64,000 nucleotides of DNA, taken from Mytilus edulis. Taxonomy: Eukaryota. The stretch lies in contig NC_092345.1 in NCBI RefSeq assembly GCF_963676685.1, positions 101,680,001 through 101,744,000 of the forward strand, read 5' to 3'. Made by a program: the position numbers and the translations under genes. Below are positions 15,001 through 30,000 of the stretch, in pieces (the stretch's first letter is position 1; the number at the start of each line of letters is the position of its first letter). Below the pieces are notes generated by a model. That model ran no database searches. It worked only from the letters and a program-made list of their open reading frames with translations, and was not told the origin of the DNA.

Positions 15001-18000
15001 CTATCTATTTTCTTAAATAAAAATCTTGGAATCATTTACAAATGCATCACTTGTTATCTTAATATCTTTGTACTAATACAACACAGTATTGGCAGAATTT
15101 TGCCATTGTTTAAAGAAAATTCAACATCAAATATATAAGTATAACAAAATAAGGAAAGATTGTAATATAAAACAAACATATAAACATGCAAAATATGTGA
15201 AATGAAACCGAACTTTGTTTGACTAATAATGATTTGTCTGCACATATGGTATACTTCTCTTTTGATGTATACAGTCCAGGGGAAGTACCTTCATATAAAT
15301 AGAAACACTATACTATAGTTTCTCTATGATTGCTCAAATAAATTCCTTCATTTAATATTATTTTAACACATAATAGGAAATACTTGTCTATTTATATTAT
15401 TTTCTGAAAAGAATTATAAATATTATATCAAAATAACACAAAACAACAACAAATAGAAGCAATTTAAATTTTGATAATTAATGAAATTTATTAGATAAGA
15501 CATTCATTTAAAGATACAAGTTCAATTACTGATCACCATAGAAATAAAATAGACATACCATCAGCCATAACACTGCATATATCTTGGAGACATTCTGATC
15601 CAAGGTCTTCGTGTACCAGTAGAACAGAAGGTTTACCCAGAATTCCACTGTGGTAACATGATCTTTTGATGTGTTCTCTTACTATCAATAAGTTTTTACT
15701 AGGATCAGACTGGGACTTTGGTTCAAATAGCTGTAAAGAAAGAGTAATACAAAATTATACTTTAGAAAATATTTGTAGTAGTTAATACTGTTAATTCAGA
15801 ATGTAATGAATAACTAGATATTAATGTGATATTATGCGAGCAACCGTAAAATTAGTTTTATTAAAGTTAGTAATGTATGTTACTAGAAAAAAATAATATG
15901 CAAGTCTTGAATAAATATTGCAACATTCATCTTTTTAAATTATTTTCTTAAATGGCAATGAATAATGGAAGTAACAAATTCATTTTAATTTACCTGTGAT
16001 ACAATTCCCCAATTGTGTAAACAAACAATAATACCTTCACCAACAAACTATCTACATTTTCTTTCTAGAAAAAATCAAACCAATTCCTGATCACCGTCAG
16101 TACAAATGTACTAATATCATCAACCTGTGTTGTGTTTATCAAATCTTTGACACGACCACATGTATAACTTACCCCTTTACATCTCTTTCTACAGCAGTCT
16201 GAGGGCGCTTTCTGATAAATTATATCTTGGGGTTAAGTATTGCTCAAAGTAATTTTATTTTTTTTCCATTTCTTATGTGACAATTGTATATTTTTATTTT
16301 ACATTTCAATAACTGATGTATCTCACTTGTAGTTCTCATTGCTTTAGAAAACTCATTTAACTCAGAGATTAAATTTTCCTTTTAAAGTGTACAAACTATA
16401 AAGATTTCATTTGTGGTAATTTTTTTTCATGAATTATGCCGAGATATCACAAGAGATGTCTTTAGTTATATACTTTAATGATATCTTACCTTACAGTGAG
16501 CTATATAAGCTGCCAGTCTAGCAAGGGTACACCTTCCAGTAGAATAACTCATACCCAACAGAACAGCATGGCCTCCTTGTATTGCCTGTAAAAAATATCA
16601 AGATTATAACATCATTTCTAATCAAATTTTGAATTCATCAGTACCCTTTAAAGCCTATATATATATAGCATTAATCATTCCCAGCAAGATACTGCAAAGG
16701 TAAAATATTACTATTGCTATTTTACTCAAAAACAGTTAATTACCAAATCTTTGAACTAGTCCTTCTTCCAAGGAAGGGGGGATAACTCTTTCATTTATTT
16801 ATAATTAAGAGACGCAAGAAATGAATAATTAAGAACAGAAAAAACTTATTTTTTATGTTGCGCAAGTACTAATTTTGTGTCATGAATAGATACCCCATAA
16901 ACTTTGTTTTTCTATTGAACTATTAAACTCTCAGACTGTAGTTAGTGTTGTTTTTTTGCTGGGATGTACAATTACTTGTCCACATCCATTCTGTGTGGTT
17001 ATTTTTAGATGTATTTCTATTTGTATACATCTGATGAGTTTAGCCTTTTTAACCTGATTTTTTATAGTTTGTTTTTATGTTGAATTGTTACACCAGTGTC
17101 CCTGGTTAGGAGGGGGGCTTTAAACTGTTTTTACCCTGCCACATTCTGTATGTGCCTGTCCCAATTCAGGAGCAGGTAATTCAGTTGTTGTATTTTGCTG
17201 TGTTACATATTTGATTTCGTTCAATATTTTGTACATAAATTAGGCTGTTAAGTTTTCGTGTTTGAATTTTTTGGCTTATTGTTGATGTGTCATTTGGTCT
17301 CTTGTGGAAAATTGTCTCATTGGTAATCATATATCTTTTTCTTTCTTGATATCAACAGAGGTTTCCATTGACAAAAAAAACAAACTCACATATTTCTAAC
17401 TGCATGTCTGATGGCTTCAGAGAAAAACACTATAGTTTCTGCAAATTACTGCCTAAATGTAAGTCTGATAGCTTCTGAGAAAACATAAAACCTAAATTCT
17501 GTAACTCACCAATACTCTACTAAGCCTAGCTGCATGTCTAATAGCTTCAGAGAAAAACACTAAATCAAGTCTCTGTGAAGTGCCAGCATTATATACATTA
17601 AGACATGTAGATAAGGCCTCAGCTAAACTCTCCTCTGTCCCATCCATATAAGCTGAAAATATTGATTATGTTATATCTATATATTATACATTATCATGCA
17701 AGTAAGTTACTTTCTGTTTCACTTGCTTTGGAAATTACATTTGATTTTACAACAATGGTTGAGCAGTGGTTTTGATCTTGAATTTTGCATAAGTTTTTTT
17801 GCTAAAATTAAAAGAAATCAGCATATCCACTAATTATGGATTTTAAGGTACAATGTAGTGTGATGAATAATATTTGGAATAAAAGAATTCAAATGAAATC
17901 CTATAGATGTATTTCCTGAAATATTGTCTGTGTATCAGTCAAATTAACAGGACATTAATGGAAGATCTTCATAGTAGACACCTTTAGAATGAGAAGAAGA

Positions 18001-21000
18001 TTTTTAACAAGTGATGCATCATTTGACAGAGAACTTGTATTCTAGTGAGATATCAAACTAAAAAACACTACACAACATCAGAAAATTACCTTTTTCAATG
18101 GCCATTCCAAGTGTTTCTGTATGAGTTGTCATATAAAACTTGGAGAAAATAAAATCAACCAAGCTAGTTGATGATCCTTTCAACTGTAAAAAAATTAGAA
18201 TAAAATGGATAATTCATAACTAAAACCTATTTATTTCAAGACCATAAAAGAAATCTGCTCTGTGATAGCTTTATTTGATAACAGAAAAGAAATAAAATGA
18301 TCCAGAAAAGTATCAATAATTTGGCTGTAAATTAACAATCTGCTCAAATTTTAATTCCTTTGTCATTTTTGAAGGATCTAATCCTGTTCATCTTTGTGTA
18401 AATTGGTCTTTGACCTACCTCATCCATACTCATTAAGGGTCCAAAGTAAGCTTCATGTTCCCAATCAGCTAGTAGTCCAGCTTTAAATGTTACAGACTTG
18501 GAGAACTTGAGACTTCCCTGGCTGGACCTGACTTGTTTCAGATTGATCTGACTTCCTATGTTACCAACTCTACTGGTTAAAGGTGCACCAGGTGCTATAA
18601 TAAAATATCAGGAGAGATTCAAAACAACAATGTAAGAAGTTATTATGTATTGAAAGACATTCCATCAATTACTTACAGTAAGCCAGAAAAAATGTGTGCT
18701 TTTTGAAATGTAGGGTTAAAAATATGACAGGCAACAGTGGACTTCTGATATATCTAAAATTTAAAAAATATACTTGACAAAAAATTTAAAGAAATAACAA
18801 AGATTCAATCAAATTTTTGATTGATGTTGTTAAAATATGGAGGTTACTGGACAAAATTTTACTATGAAATGACAGAAATAGGACATCAAGTAATTAGTCC
18901 ATTCATCAAGAAAATACAGAAAAAAATGCATTTATCATAGAGAAGCTTTTTTCCATTTTTCATAACATTCCATGAACGTTTGACAAAGTTATTGATGTCT
19001 AAAAACCATTTCTAACCTCAGATTGAACGTAGATATTGTTGCCGTAGACAACAGAATGTAGGATCACTATGTTATAGCTTCCATATCCCAGCAGAGGCAA
19101 CAAAATGAGAGATATTACAGAAACACTTAACTTTCCAATAACCTATAACCAAATATATATATGCTTCTAGTTTACATGTGATTGTCTGAATCACTTATAA
19201 GGGAGACATACAAAATACAATGCTTCTAAAATAAAATCATTATTCTTATTTTTAAGCTCTAGCAAAACACAACTAACAGAAATAATAAAAGAAGAAGTAT
19301 AGATATCTAAAGAACTACAGAGTATAAGAAAAAGTTTTAATCTACTTTTCTTTCATCACAGTAAGATCTATGTATAGTCAATTTTACTTTCACACATTTG
19401 TTTTCAAGCTCTATGATATTCTAATGAACTGTTAAAATACTGTTAGAACATTTGTTTATTATTTTAGGTAAATTTTACAAAGAAAAAGGAATTTGGGAAG
19501 GACATCAAACTAGGAATTCCAGTAATAACATATGTAAGTAAGGAGGGATAGTTATTATTAAGATTAATTATTTTACAATAAAAAAATTTGTTGACTATAT
19601 CTCATCAATGAGATTCAGTCAAAACATTACCATTAAAAAATGTTATCATGAAAGCAATGAACAACACTGCATCTAAGTTTTTTCGTCAAAGGGAATTAAC
19701 AATTTGTATCCTTTCATTTTATTACAGTTACCTGTTTGATCTGTGGGAGGGGCAACTTTAGTCTTAGCCACACCCATCTGCTCATGCTCAACACTGTCTG
19801 TACCACTTGACTCTGTAGGGGGAGAGGTTAAATGTCAGAGGTTATTAGTATAAAAGTTGGAGGTCAACAAATAAAGGAATGCTTTAAAACCAGTTCTATA
19901 TGATTCTGAATGTATATAATAATAAAAGTTAGATCAAGTTATTAAAAGCAAATACTTGTTAACTTCAAATTGCAGCTTTGGCAATGATCTATGCAATTCC
20001 AATATTACAGAAAATAAGTGTGTGGGGAGATTTCTATTATCCTTAAAAGAGATCCACACATGTGGGTGAGACAAGACTCCTAAAGTGAAGTCTTATTCAT
20101 ATTGTTGGGTGTGAGAGGAAACATTTAATTTTGGTTTTTCATCATGGGCTCAAAACTTATTTGTATGTACTTGAAATGTTAGAATCGGTCAGTTAATTCA
20201 TATGAATAATAGAACTGGTTTCAAACGTTAACATAGAATCTGAAAAAAAGAGGTAATTAAAATCCTTGCCAGAAAAAACAAGTTAAGAATTAACTTTTTC
20301 CATATTCTCTGGAATATCAATACGAAGTTTTCTTTTCATCATCACCACATTATATCAAGGCTAGATGTGAGTAAGATTCTATAACAAAGGTTTTCTAGCA
20401 AAGAGAAAATGAGAATTGAGTTCTATAAATCAGAATAGACAAATATAAGTTCCCCATATAGTTGTAGCCATTCATAATATTCAAACTATTTTCTAAGAAA
20501 ACAGAAATGTATTATATATCATTACAAAATACTGTTCTGAAGTTTCTAATGGCAATGAAGGTACACTAGCAGCTACATTTAAACAGAAATCTTATTGGGT
20601 AGATATATAAAATGTTCAATCTGTAGTGTGTATTGGGTAGATATATAAAATGTTCAATCTGTAGTGTGTCTTTTGATTCTTTAACATCTCTCAATTTAAT
20701 TAAAGAATTTTAGTACTTATATTTGATATAAGTACTTTTATGTGCAAGTTTATTCTCACTATTGGTAAATTTCAAATATATTTTCATGAACTTCAAGTAC
20801 ACTGAAATTCTTTTATAACAATAGCGGTACTGATAATCATTTGTACTTTCACGAAGTAACCGTTCATGAAAACAATTAACTCCAAAAACAGTCTTAATAA
20901 TTCCTCATCTTTTCCATTTCCCAAAAGGATGATGCTAAAAACAAGAGTGTGATATTGAGGTGCATTTCAAAATATCTACCCAAAAGGTTAAATGAAGTTA

Positions 21001-24000
21001 AACAGCTACAATCAGATAAGGGGAGGTAAATCTTACCTTTGTTAGTATTGACTGTTATTCGTGTACTGGCTGGTAAAATGGAATTAAAATGGAGGATTAT
21101 ATATACATGCACATATTAGATCACATAAACAGTAATGTTACTAAATGTATAAACAGCTAATTAAGTAAAAACTATTACAAAGTTAACTTTCTACACACAT
21201 TTTTTAGTTATTTGTTATTTGTTTCTCATGCAAGTAGGTGTTAAAAAACATTACAGATGAAATATACAAGTTGTACATTTGAAGACTGTTCCTTAGGTAG
21301 AAATCTTGAAGCAATGATTCTATTAAATAATTTATTTGTTTCAGAAACCATATTGTAATATCAATGGTGTAAAGGTTTATGTTTGCTAAAGACCCAGTTA
21401 ACCTTGTGAAAAAAATAAAAATATATAAAATTTACTACATACTACTCTGGACATCAAAATATCAATCTACATAAAAGCATAGCTAGTAAATGGGAATAAA
21501 TTGTGTGAATGTTAAAAATACCTGTAAAATAAGAAGATGCTCTGCTTTCTGATTGTTGTTTCGACACTTCTGTAAGTGGTGTTTTTTTAGCTGTAAAACA
21601 TGGATTAGGCATGCAGTTAGGGTTAGATTATGGTGTTAGCTAACAAACAACTATAGTATGGTAAACATTAAGTATTATGAACAAATAAATCAAACATATA
21701 CTGTGGATTCATTCATTTTCGTTGGATACCAATTTTTCGTGGATTTCGTGGTTACAGGTGAACCACAAAATTAAATGTTCCACGAATGACAAATTTGCTA
21801 TAGGCTTGTATGTAGACTGCATCAAAACCACGAAAATAAATATCCATGAACATGCAAGTGTTCCCTAATCCACAAAATTTGGTACCCACGAAAATAAATG
21901 AATCCACAGTAACAGGAAATATAGAAATCCAAAGAGACCCTAAATACCAGCTAAAAATATTTACAAACATATATATTTGCCTATTTAAAACTTTGATTTC
22001 AAGTTTTTCTACTATGTTTTATATGTAGTAAAAGTTGCTACTATGTCATTCATTTACTTTCAAGAGTGCCAATTTATATCAAGGGGACATAAATCAAGCT
22101 AAGATAATCAATCAACCAAATGCATGATTGTGGTAAAGTTTAGCATACAATTTGTTCTTTGTTGTTGTTTATAGAAAAGGTTTATGATGCCATTTGACAG
22201 TCTATAAAAGAGAAACTAACAATGCAAAGGAAAGAAAAAAATTCTCAAAGGTTCATTCAGCAGGTGAGCTAAGAATAAGATTTCTCTGTTTTATACAATA
22301 TAAAAGAATTACCTTAAGTTAGTTACATACTGACAACAATAAGTTAAAAATTATGTTAAATCTAAAATGTTTATTGTCCAATATTAGTTTGTTAAACATT
22401 GCACACAGCCATTCAGAAAATGATGTGAAATGACCACAAAAATACTCTAATGTTTCAAATTGATATGTATCTTCCTTTACCAAGTTCTAAGCATTCTTAA
22501 TATTACAAGGCTACAAAGAAGGATTACATGACTAATATCCCATACATAAGGCCAAGAAATTCTTCTTTGTACACAAATAACTACTGATTTTGCTATAACC
22601 ATAACAAAATAAACAATGCTCATCCTTGAACTATAAAGTACCTCTGGCTGTATCTATTGTTTCTGTTTCTGTCTCGTCCATTGAATCATCTTCACTACTT
22701 TCACTTTCCTCCGACGGGTCTGACTCATACTCCGACTCCGATGTAGGATCAGCATTAGTTGTTCTATTGGTTCCTAACTCTGTATCAGCTCCTAGAAATC
22801 GTCAAAGCAATAATTATTAGGTTAAAGCACTGGACTGATGTTCCCTTGTTTCTTTCCAAATTCTATTAGTTTGATGTAATGCAATTGACAAATAGGAAAG
22901 AAATAGTACATGAACTGTCCAGTAAGTGGAATCAATAATCTCAAGGTACTGAAAAATCTTAATGGTATATACTATGCACATCTGTATATAACAACATAAT
23001 AATGTTACATGTTCTAGATATGTAAAAACAAATAAAAAAATTGTAAGTTAGGATTACAGTTAAAATATCTCATGCTTAAGAACAAAATGAAACCCAGATT
23101 TTGCTTATACCAACCATAGGCCCCAGCAGTATAAACAATGACAGATTTAAAACAAAAAATCCTTAAAAAATGTTCTAAACCTACCTGAAGACCTAGTCCT
23201 AACTATATCTGGAGATCCCCTTGGACCACCTCTTAAGATTGATATAAACCTACCTGAAGCCCTTGATCTTACAGTATCAGGAGTTCCCCTTGGCCCGGGT
23301 GTAGTCTCAGCAGTTCTATGAGTAGATTCTCCTAGAGGTACAGGTGTATCCATGGGTGTGACGAGTTTCTCTGAAGACGTGGTAGTCTGGTCATCGTTCT
23401 CTCTTGTTGTAGATACTTCATCTACAGCAGTTAATTCATTATCTTCCTCCTCGGATTCTGGTTCTGATATAGGTGGAGAGGTTGTGGTCTGGGGAGTACC
23501 ACGTCCCTGTTATATAATATTTAAATGCATATTTAATAGATAATTATTGATGTCAATTTTTGTTCTTTGAGAAAAATTAGTTGATATATTGAATTCAGAA
23601 TTTTACATTTCATCCATTTGCACTTTTCAAAGTAATTAAAAATGTACCTTTCTTCCCATATTGAATTTTGTAGTTTACCAAAAAAAATATTACAAGCCAC
23701 ATTCGATAGTTAAAAATATTAAAAATTTAAAAGTTTTGGCAAGCCTGGAATTTTCAATTTTGTAAAGGAGTAGGTTCAGTAAGACCTCTTTTTGGCCCCA
23801 AAATATAGCAATTCAACAAAATTGTGAAAATGTAATCTTTTAGCTATTTATTGGAAAGAAGAATGGTTCTGCTACACAAATATGGGCTGTTTTTTTAGAA
23901 TACAATGCACATATATCGGGTACTAACATCATTAAGTCGTGCTAAATTAATGAAATCTTCACAATTTTAGCATTTTAGTTAAATTTTAGACGGTTTCCGT

Positions 24001-27000
24001 CTTAAGGGCATACGATACACTTTTGATCCTGTATTTAGAGTTTGATGAAAATTTGCATATAGGCTATTTTTTGACTGATTAAATCAAATATGTAATAAAA
24101 AATATATCTTCATGTGCTACTTTTTGAGTTAAATGAGGTCGAAATTTTGTATATTTGTTCAAAATTCGGATTTGTGGCCGTATTTTCCTTTTCGAAAGAA
24201 TGACATAACTTTTTTTGTTTTAAAAGATAAACACAAATTGTTTTTTGTTATAGCGAACCCTATGATAGTTTTCCATAGATTCACCTGCAAGTTACCTGTA
24301 GATTTAAACTTTTGGCAGTTCTATTGTCCCATCTAACAAATACAACAGGTATTGTTCTCTGTATAGTTTATTCACCAGGACCTTTAAATTTCTTCTAGGA
24401 GAAATATATCACTCATTGATTAATATACCTGAACAAAACATTGAACTGTCAATGATGAAAAAATACTAAGAAAGGACTCACAAAACTGCATGTGGTGTTG
24501 TATTTATTCAATACCAAAAACTCGTTTTTAATGTGTTCAATATTAATAATGATTTAAAAATTAAAAGTTGATTTCTGATCAAATATTCAATAAATATTTT
24601 TGTGTGTTTGATAAATAAAAATTTGAATATTATTATTTTTAAATTAAGGTCTTCATAAACATAGTCTATAAATTAACAACAAAAAAACTATTCAAATTCA
24701 TTGGAAAATACTAAAAAATGTGTCTAAAATAAACTTTTTTTATTAAATCAGATTTTATATTGAACAGATTGAAAATATATTAATGATATATTGAATAAAT
24801 ACAATATTGCATACAGATTATGTGAGTTTATAGAAGTATTTCAATAAAAAAACAGATAATTTTTTGGTCAGGTAAATTAATCAATGAGTGATATATTTCT
24901 CCTCGAAGAAATTTAAAGGTCCTGGTGAATAAACTATACAGAGAACAATACCTGTTGTATCTGTTAGATGGGACAATAGAACTTACAAAAGTTTAAATCG
25001 ACAGGTAACTTGCAGGTGAATCTATGGAAAACTATCATAGGGTTCGCAATAAATAATTTGTAATTTCTGTATTTTATAAGTATTCTAAAAATGTATGCAT
25101 TTTTTATTCGGTAATCACTCATATTTATCAAATGGTCATGAATTGAGGAAAAAACGTCATTTTTTGCTGTATAAATTTCTCAAAATTAAAAAAATTGCAC
25201 TATTTACAGTTTTATAAAATTTGGTCCACATAATCTCCCTGCAAAATGAAACAAAATATCGTTTAAAAAAATAGGAGTCCATGCACTCGTTTTCAAATTA
25301 AATCAGTTTGAATGATAAAAATCAGTCGAAAAAAGGATCTTTTCCCAATATGTCACAGTTTGACGTCGCGAAAATAACATTTTACGTTAGCAACGTCATT
25401 ACCTCCCCTGTAACTGTATTGTATGCCCTTAAATGAAAATGGCCGCATTCGTGTTCATTCATAATATTGAAATGTAAGTTGTTTTTGATGATAATACGTA
25501 ACATATATAAAGGTAGAGGATGAACACTTTCATTTTCGACAAAAATCATTGGAAAAGTGACGATTTTTTGCATATTTGATAGATTTTTCATATTTAAGCT
25601 TGAATCGGAGCGTTTTTAATGGCTTCATCAGTTAAAATCTTTCACATAAACTAATTGAATCAATTGAAATAGACACTTAAGTGTTTAAAAAGTGTCTAAA
25701 ATATTTCGTTAGATGAACCTGAAATTTGAGGCCAAAATCGGCCCTTACCGGACCTACTCCTTTAACTATCTTGATTGGATACATATACTAAGCAAAAATG
25801 TGTTTTGACAATTTTTTGTTTATTAAAACTTACAGTTTGTGAATGAGTTTCTTCAGAAATGGCAGCCATCTCTGATTTGTGATCATCTCTGGGTAAACAG
25901 AAATATTTCAGAGCTGTCTCCTCTAAAGACTTTGAAAACCAGTTGGAATCTATAAAATATCAAGAATTAATATGATCTTATCTATATTGTATCAAAACGT
26001 TACATCTATATATACAATAGTTAAGTATGTATCAATCCATTATATGATATTAGAAATGATGCAGCTATGTACATCAAGAATATATTAATATACTTCATTT
26101 AAATATTACTTCAAAAAAATATATATCTGTATGGCCTCGGTCATACTTACATTGACATGAAGTATGAATATTACAAATAACCTTGAACTCACAATAAAAA
26201 ATTAGTTTGTCTTTTAGCAGCCTATCAAAATTTAAGAATTTACAAAGTTTCTTCTGCATAAAGTAGCAAAACAAAACTTTGAGCTTGAACCCACCATCAG
26301 GAGAAACAAGTCGGTCAGCAAACATCCTAGTACATTCATGACACCAGAGTTGACCTATGACCTTCATCATAGGAGCAGATGACCCTCCCTCTATAACATA
26401 TCCACCGCTGGCTCCACTGACTGTCCGCGACTTGGACTCTGACCATGATGTCTGTCGGGATACTCTACTGCTTCCTGAGGAATAACACAAATCTTTTCTC
26501 AAAATTCTCCATTGCAATTTACATACATACAACAATTCTAGTCAGAAGTGTGCCAAAATGTGTCTATCTTTTTATAAAGCTGTCATGTATATGAACAGTG
26601 TAAAATATTCATAGCTCAAATTTCATCTTAGCTTTTAAAAAAAAACCATTTAAATGATCTTGATCATATTTCTTTCTTTTTTTTTTTTTTTTAAATAATA
26701 TTATATATTTATTCACCAAATATGCTTGTTACACCAAGAAACCAAGCTTTTCTTGATGTATCCTGTTATATTCCACTGGTTACCTAGGTTAGTAATCAGT
26801 TGCTGGTATATAAGTATATATTATAAAAATATGTATAAATTTCTTGAAATACAATTGTATAACATTTTCTACTCTTTTTACAAGTTATTACTGAAAGCAA
26901 TGTCCAAGGAGTTTATCAAATTAATGAAAAAATTATCCTACTTGAATCTCCATCCTTTTTCTTTCTCAACATTTTCCTTGACCTTGACCTTGGTGACATC

Positions 27001-30000
27001 AATAGAATACCATGAACAACTCTGGCCACATCATGCAAGCTAAATAAATAATGGGCATTGGTTGGTGTAGGCCGGAGCTTTTCCTTTATACGACCATACA
27101 AGTCCAGCAATCCTAAAGTCATTGCCTAAAACATATAATTTTTTTTTTATCTATAAACAACATTGTCAATGCTAAATCAATCAAAAAATCTTACAATAAA
27201 GTGAGCGAACAGATTTCAATATAAAGATAAGTATTAAAACCTGTTATTAGTTTTATTATCAACCAGAATGTCTTTTTCTCTAAGTTAAATGGGAACAAAA
27301 GTTTCTTTAAAAGTTCATAAGAAAGTCTTTCCTTTGTGTAAATTTACATACTTTTTGTAAAGGCACAACACTATACACTTTAACAGAATACTTATTCTGG
27401 ACATAGAAATATCTGCTAATTTTTTCAACTTTATAGTTTTATAAATATACAAAGATCTAAGCAATACACAGTTTTATAAGTTTCTACAATAATATAATAA
27501 TAATGAGATGTGGTACGATTGCAGATGAGACAACAGTAAAGAAACTATTGGTAACATACCCTGGCAAATTCAAAATGATGCTCTACACTATATGTGGGAA
27601 ATTCTTCTAGCCAGTTCTGTAATGCTCTACCATGCATACTGAGGAGGGTTTCAGGTGCAGGAGTAAACACGGTTAGATTGACAAAGAGGCGTGTCAGTCT
27701 AGTCGACATCACATGACTTGCTTTCCCTAATCCATATCCTGTATGAATAAATACATTTAGATATACAGATATACTCTAAAAAACATCCTTTTTATGGCAA
27801 CTTAAGAATAAACCAATAGGTCATATGCAAAAAGAAATGAACAAAAAATTCCATGAATCCATTTAGCATTGGAGAACTCTATTTACAAACTTCTTTTTGA
27901 ACAAAACATCCTATGACTTTGTCAATTTCTATTGGCAAAGTTTGGTTGAGTAATTTCTAATTACAGAACATTCCACAAAATGATAAACAAATTAGAATAA
28001 TTCACCTTTTATAAACCTAAAATGCAGAACAACGAAAGATACAATAAAATCCCTTTCCAAAACAGCTGTTTTTCCATTATTCATTATACTGTAGACCAGT
28101 GAATAATACTTGAGCTTTCAAGAGTCAAAAAAGTTTACCTGCTACACTAGGTGGCGTTGTAGAAGCTAAAAACATGGCCTCTTCCATGTCCTGGAATTCC
28201 TTTCTCTGTCTGTCATAACATCCGCGTTGAGTTAATATTTGACGTAACAATTCCAAAGGTGGCTGATACCCTGTATACAGAAAGAAGTATAACATGAAAG
28301 AAAAACATATTGAACTTCAACAAAAATTGGAAAATTCCTTTAAAATGTTTCTATGGTAATTCATTGTAAGAGATTTTTATACAGCTAAATGATAATTAAC
28401 TTCATTGCTTCCTATGACAAGGCTCCAAAAAATTAATCAGTAAATCTCTGGAAGTTTAGTACAATAATGACCATATACTTTAATGAAATAAATAACTACT
28501 AACAAGCTTATAAATGTCACTTACCTCCTTCAACATTGGTAGGTGCTGTATTAAGATCATCTATGTAGAACAGATGTGTATGTTTTCCTCGTCCAGCAGT
28601 TACTCCTGACGTGGGTAGGCTGTTAGCTATCTTATGTTTTAGTTCTAAGATATGTGATACCATTGTATTCTGGAAGATTGAACTGGTCATACCTCTGGAC
28701 ATCAGGATATTGGTACTGGTCTGCTTAGACAACACAGTATTCTACAATACACATAGGAATGAACATAATATGTGACAAACATTTCCATATAACAATTGGC
28801 TTTGTAAGTGTTTATCTTTGTTTTGCAATATGAAATGAAATGATGGACCCTAACATAGGCCATTTACTGTGCCAAAATATTTGTCTATAATCAATTATTA
28901 ATTTAACTTATTCATAATAATTACCTGTATTAGAGTAGTCTTGCCAACACCTGGTAGTCCTGTCAGTAACACAGGGTGTTGAGCATTCAGCATCAGTTCT
29001 ATTAAGTAATTATACTTCTCAACCTACAAAGTAATTCATGTATATTCTGATATTAAAACTTAAAGATTGATTGAACATAACATTCCCTAAATTGTTACCA
29101 AATTCTAAATATTTGACACCTTGATATTAGTTCAATGTATGATTCAAAAGATATCATCCAGAATCAAGATTTTTATCAATTTAAAACTGTTGTGATTCAA
29201 ATCTTCAAACTACGGACTAATAATCAAGAATGGTTGTTCCAAAGTTGGTTATGATCTGAACAGAATGTCCAGAAACTCAAATCATTGAAACAAGGTTGAG
29301 CATTCATTATAATAGAAGTCTGACAAAATCACAAGAAGGCTTTAAAATATATTAGACATTTGAAGTTAAAACATAGGTTATGATTCATTAATATTTTTTT
29401 TTATTGTAAAGTGGATTTTATAATTTGATTGTTTGTTCTTCTGATTCTCGGTGGTAATAGCTATACACTTATTGATTTGTTTGTTTAAAAATCTTGATAT
29501 ATTGTTTCATTTACTTTGTAAGCAAAAAAACAAGTAACTTACATCAGGAGTTATCATATAGCCTCCTGCTAAAATCTTAGACCGTTCTTGCTGTTTCTCT
29601 CCCCATCTCAAGAATGTGCCTGTGGTTTCGTCTAAACAATAGTCAAAGACAGTGGCTGGGAAAGGGATACGAATAGGATGTGTTGCTCTGTACATGGCAT
29701 CATGGGAAAACTTGCTGAATTTATCCTTGAATCTGTCATAAAAAAAACAAATAAATTCGTAGATGTAAAAATAAGTATAAAAATTTCCTAAATTGTGATG
29801 TTTATACAGTAATATGGATTGCAATTTTTTTTCCATTTCACAGCAGAAGAGCTTCTTAAATAAAATCCAACATAATTAATAGAAAATGTCAAACATTTTA
29901 AATCACCTTTCATGTATGTGTCCTCCAAAGCTCCAGATGTAGGAAAATGCAAACATTCCTTTCAGAATTTCCAAATAATTTGGTAAGAGGTGCTCTATTT

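Larger units (their letters stand above)
23766..25761. mobile_element. Outer non-autonomous DNA transposon (Kolobok-like) carrying nested insertions
   Basis: GTAA|AGGAGTAGGTTCAGTAAG ... CTTACCGGACCTACTCCT|TTAA. Confidence 0.75.

Noticed and set aside
13232-20670. Two-copy intronic duplications at ~13232-13335 and ~20593-20669
   Set aside because: Ordinary local duplications not touching splice sites; noted as background against which the junction-array enrichment must be tested.
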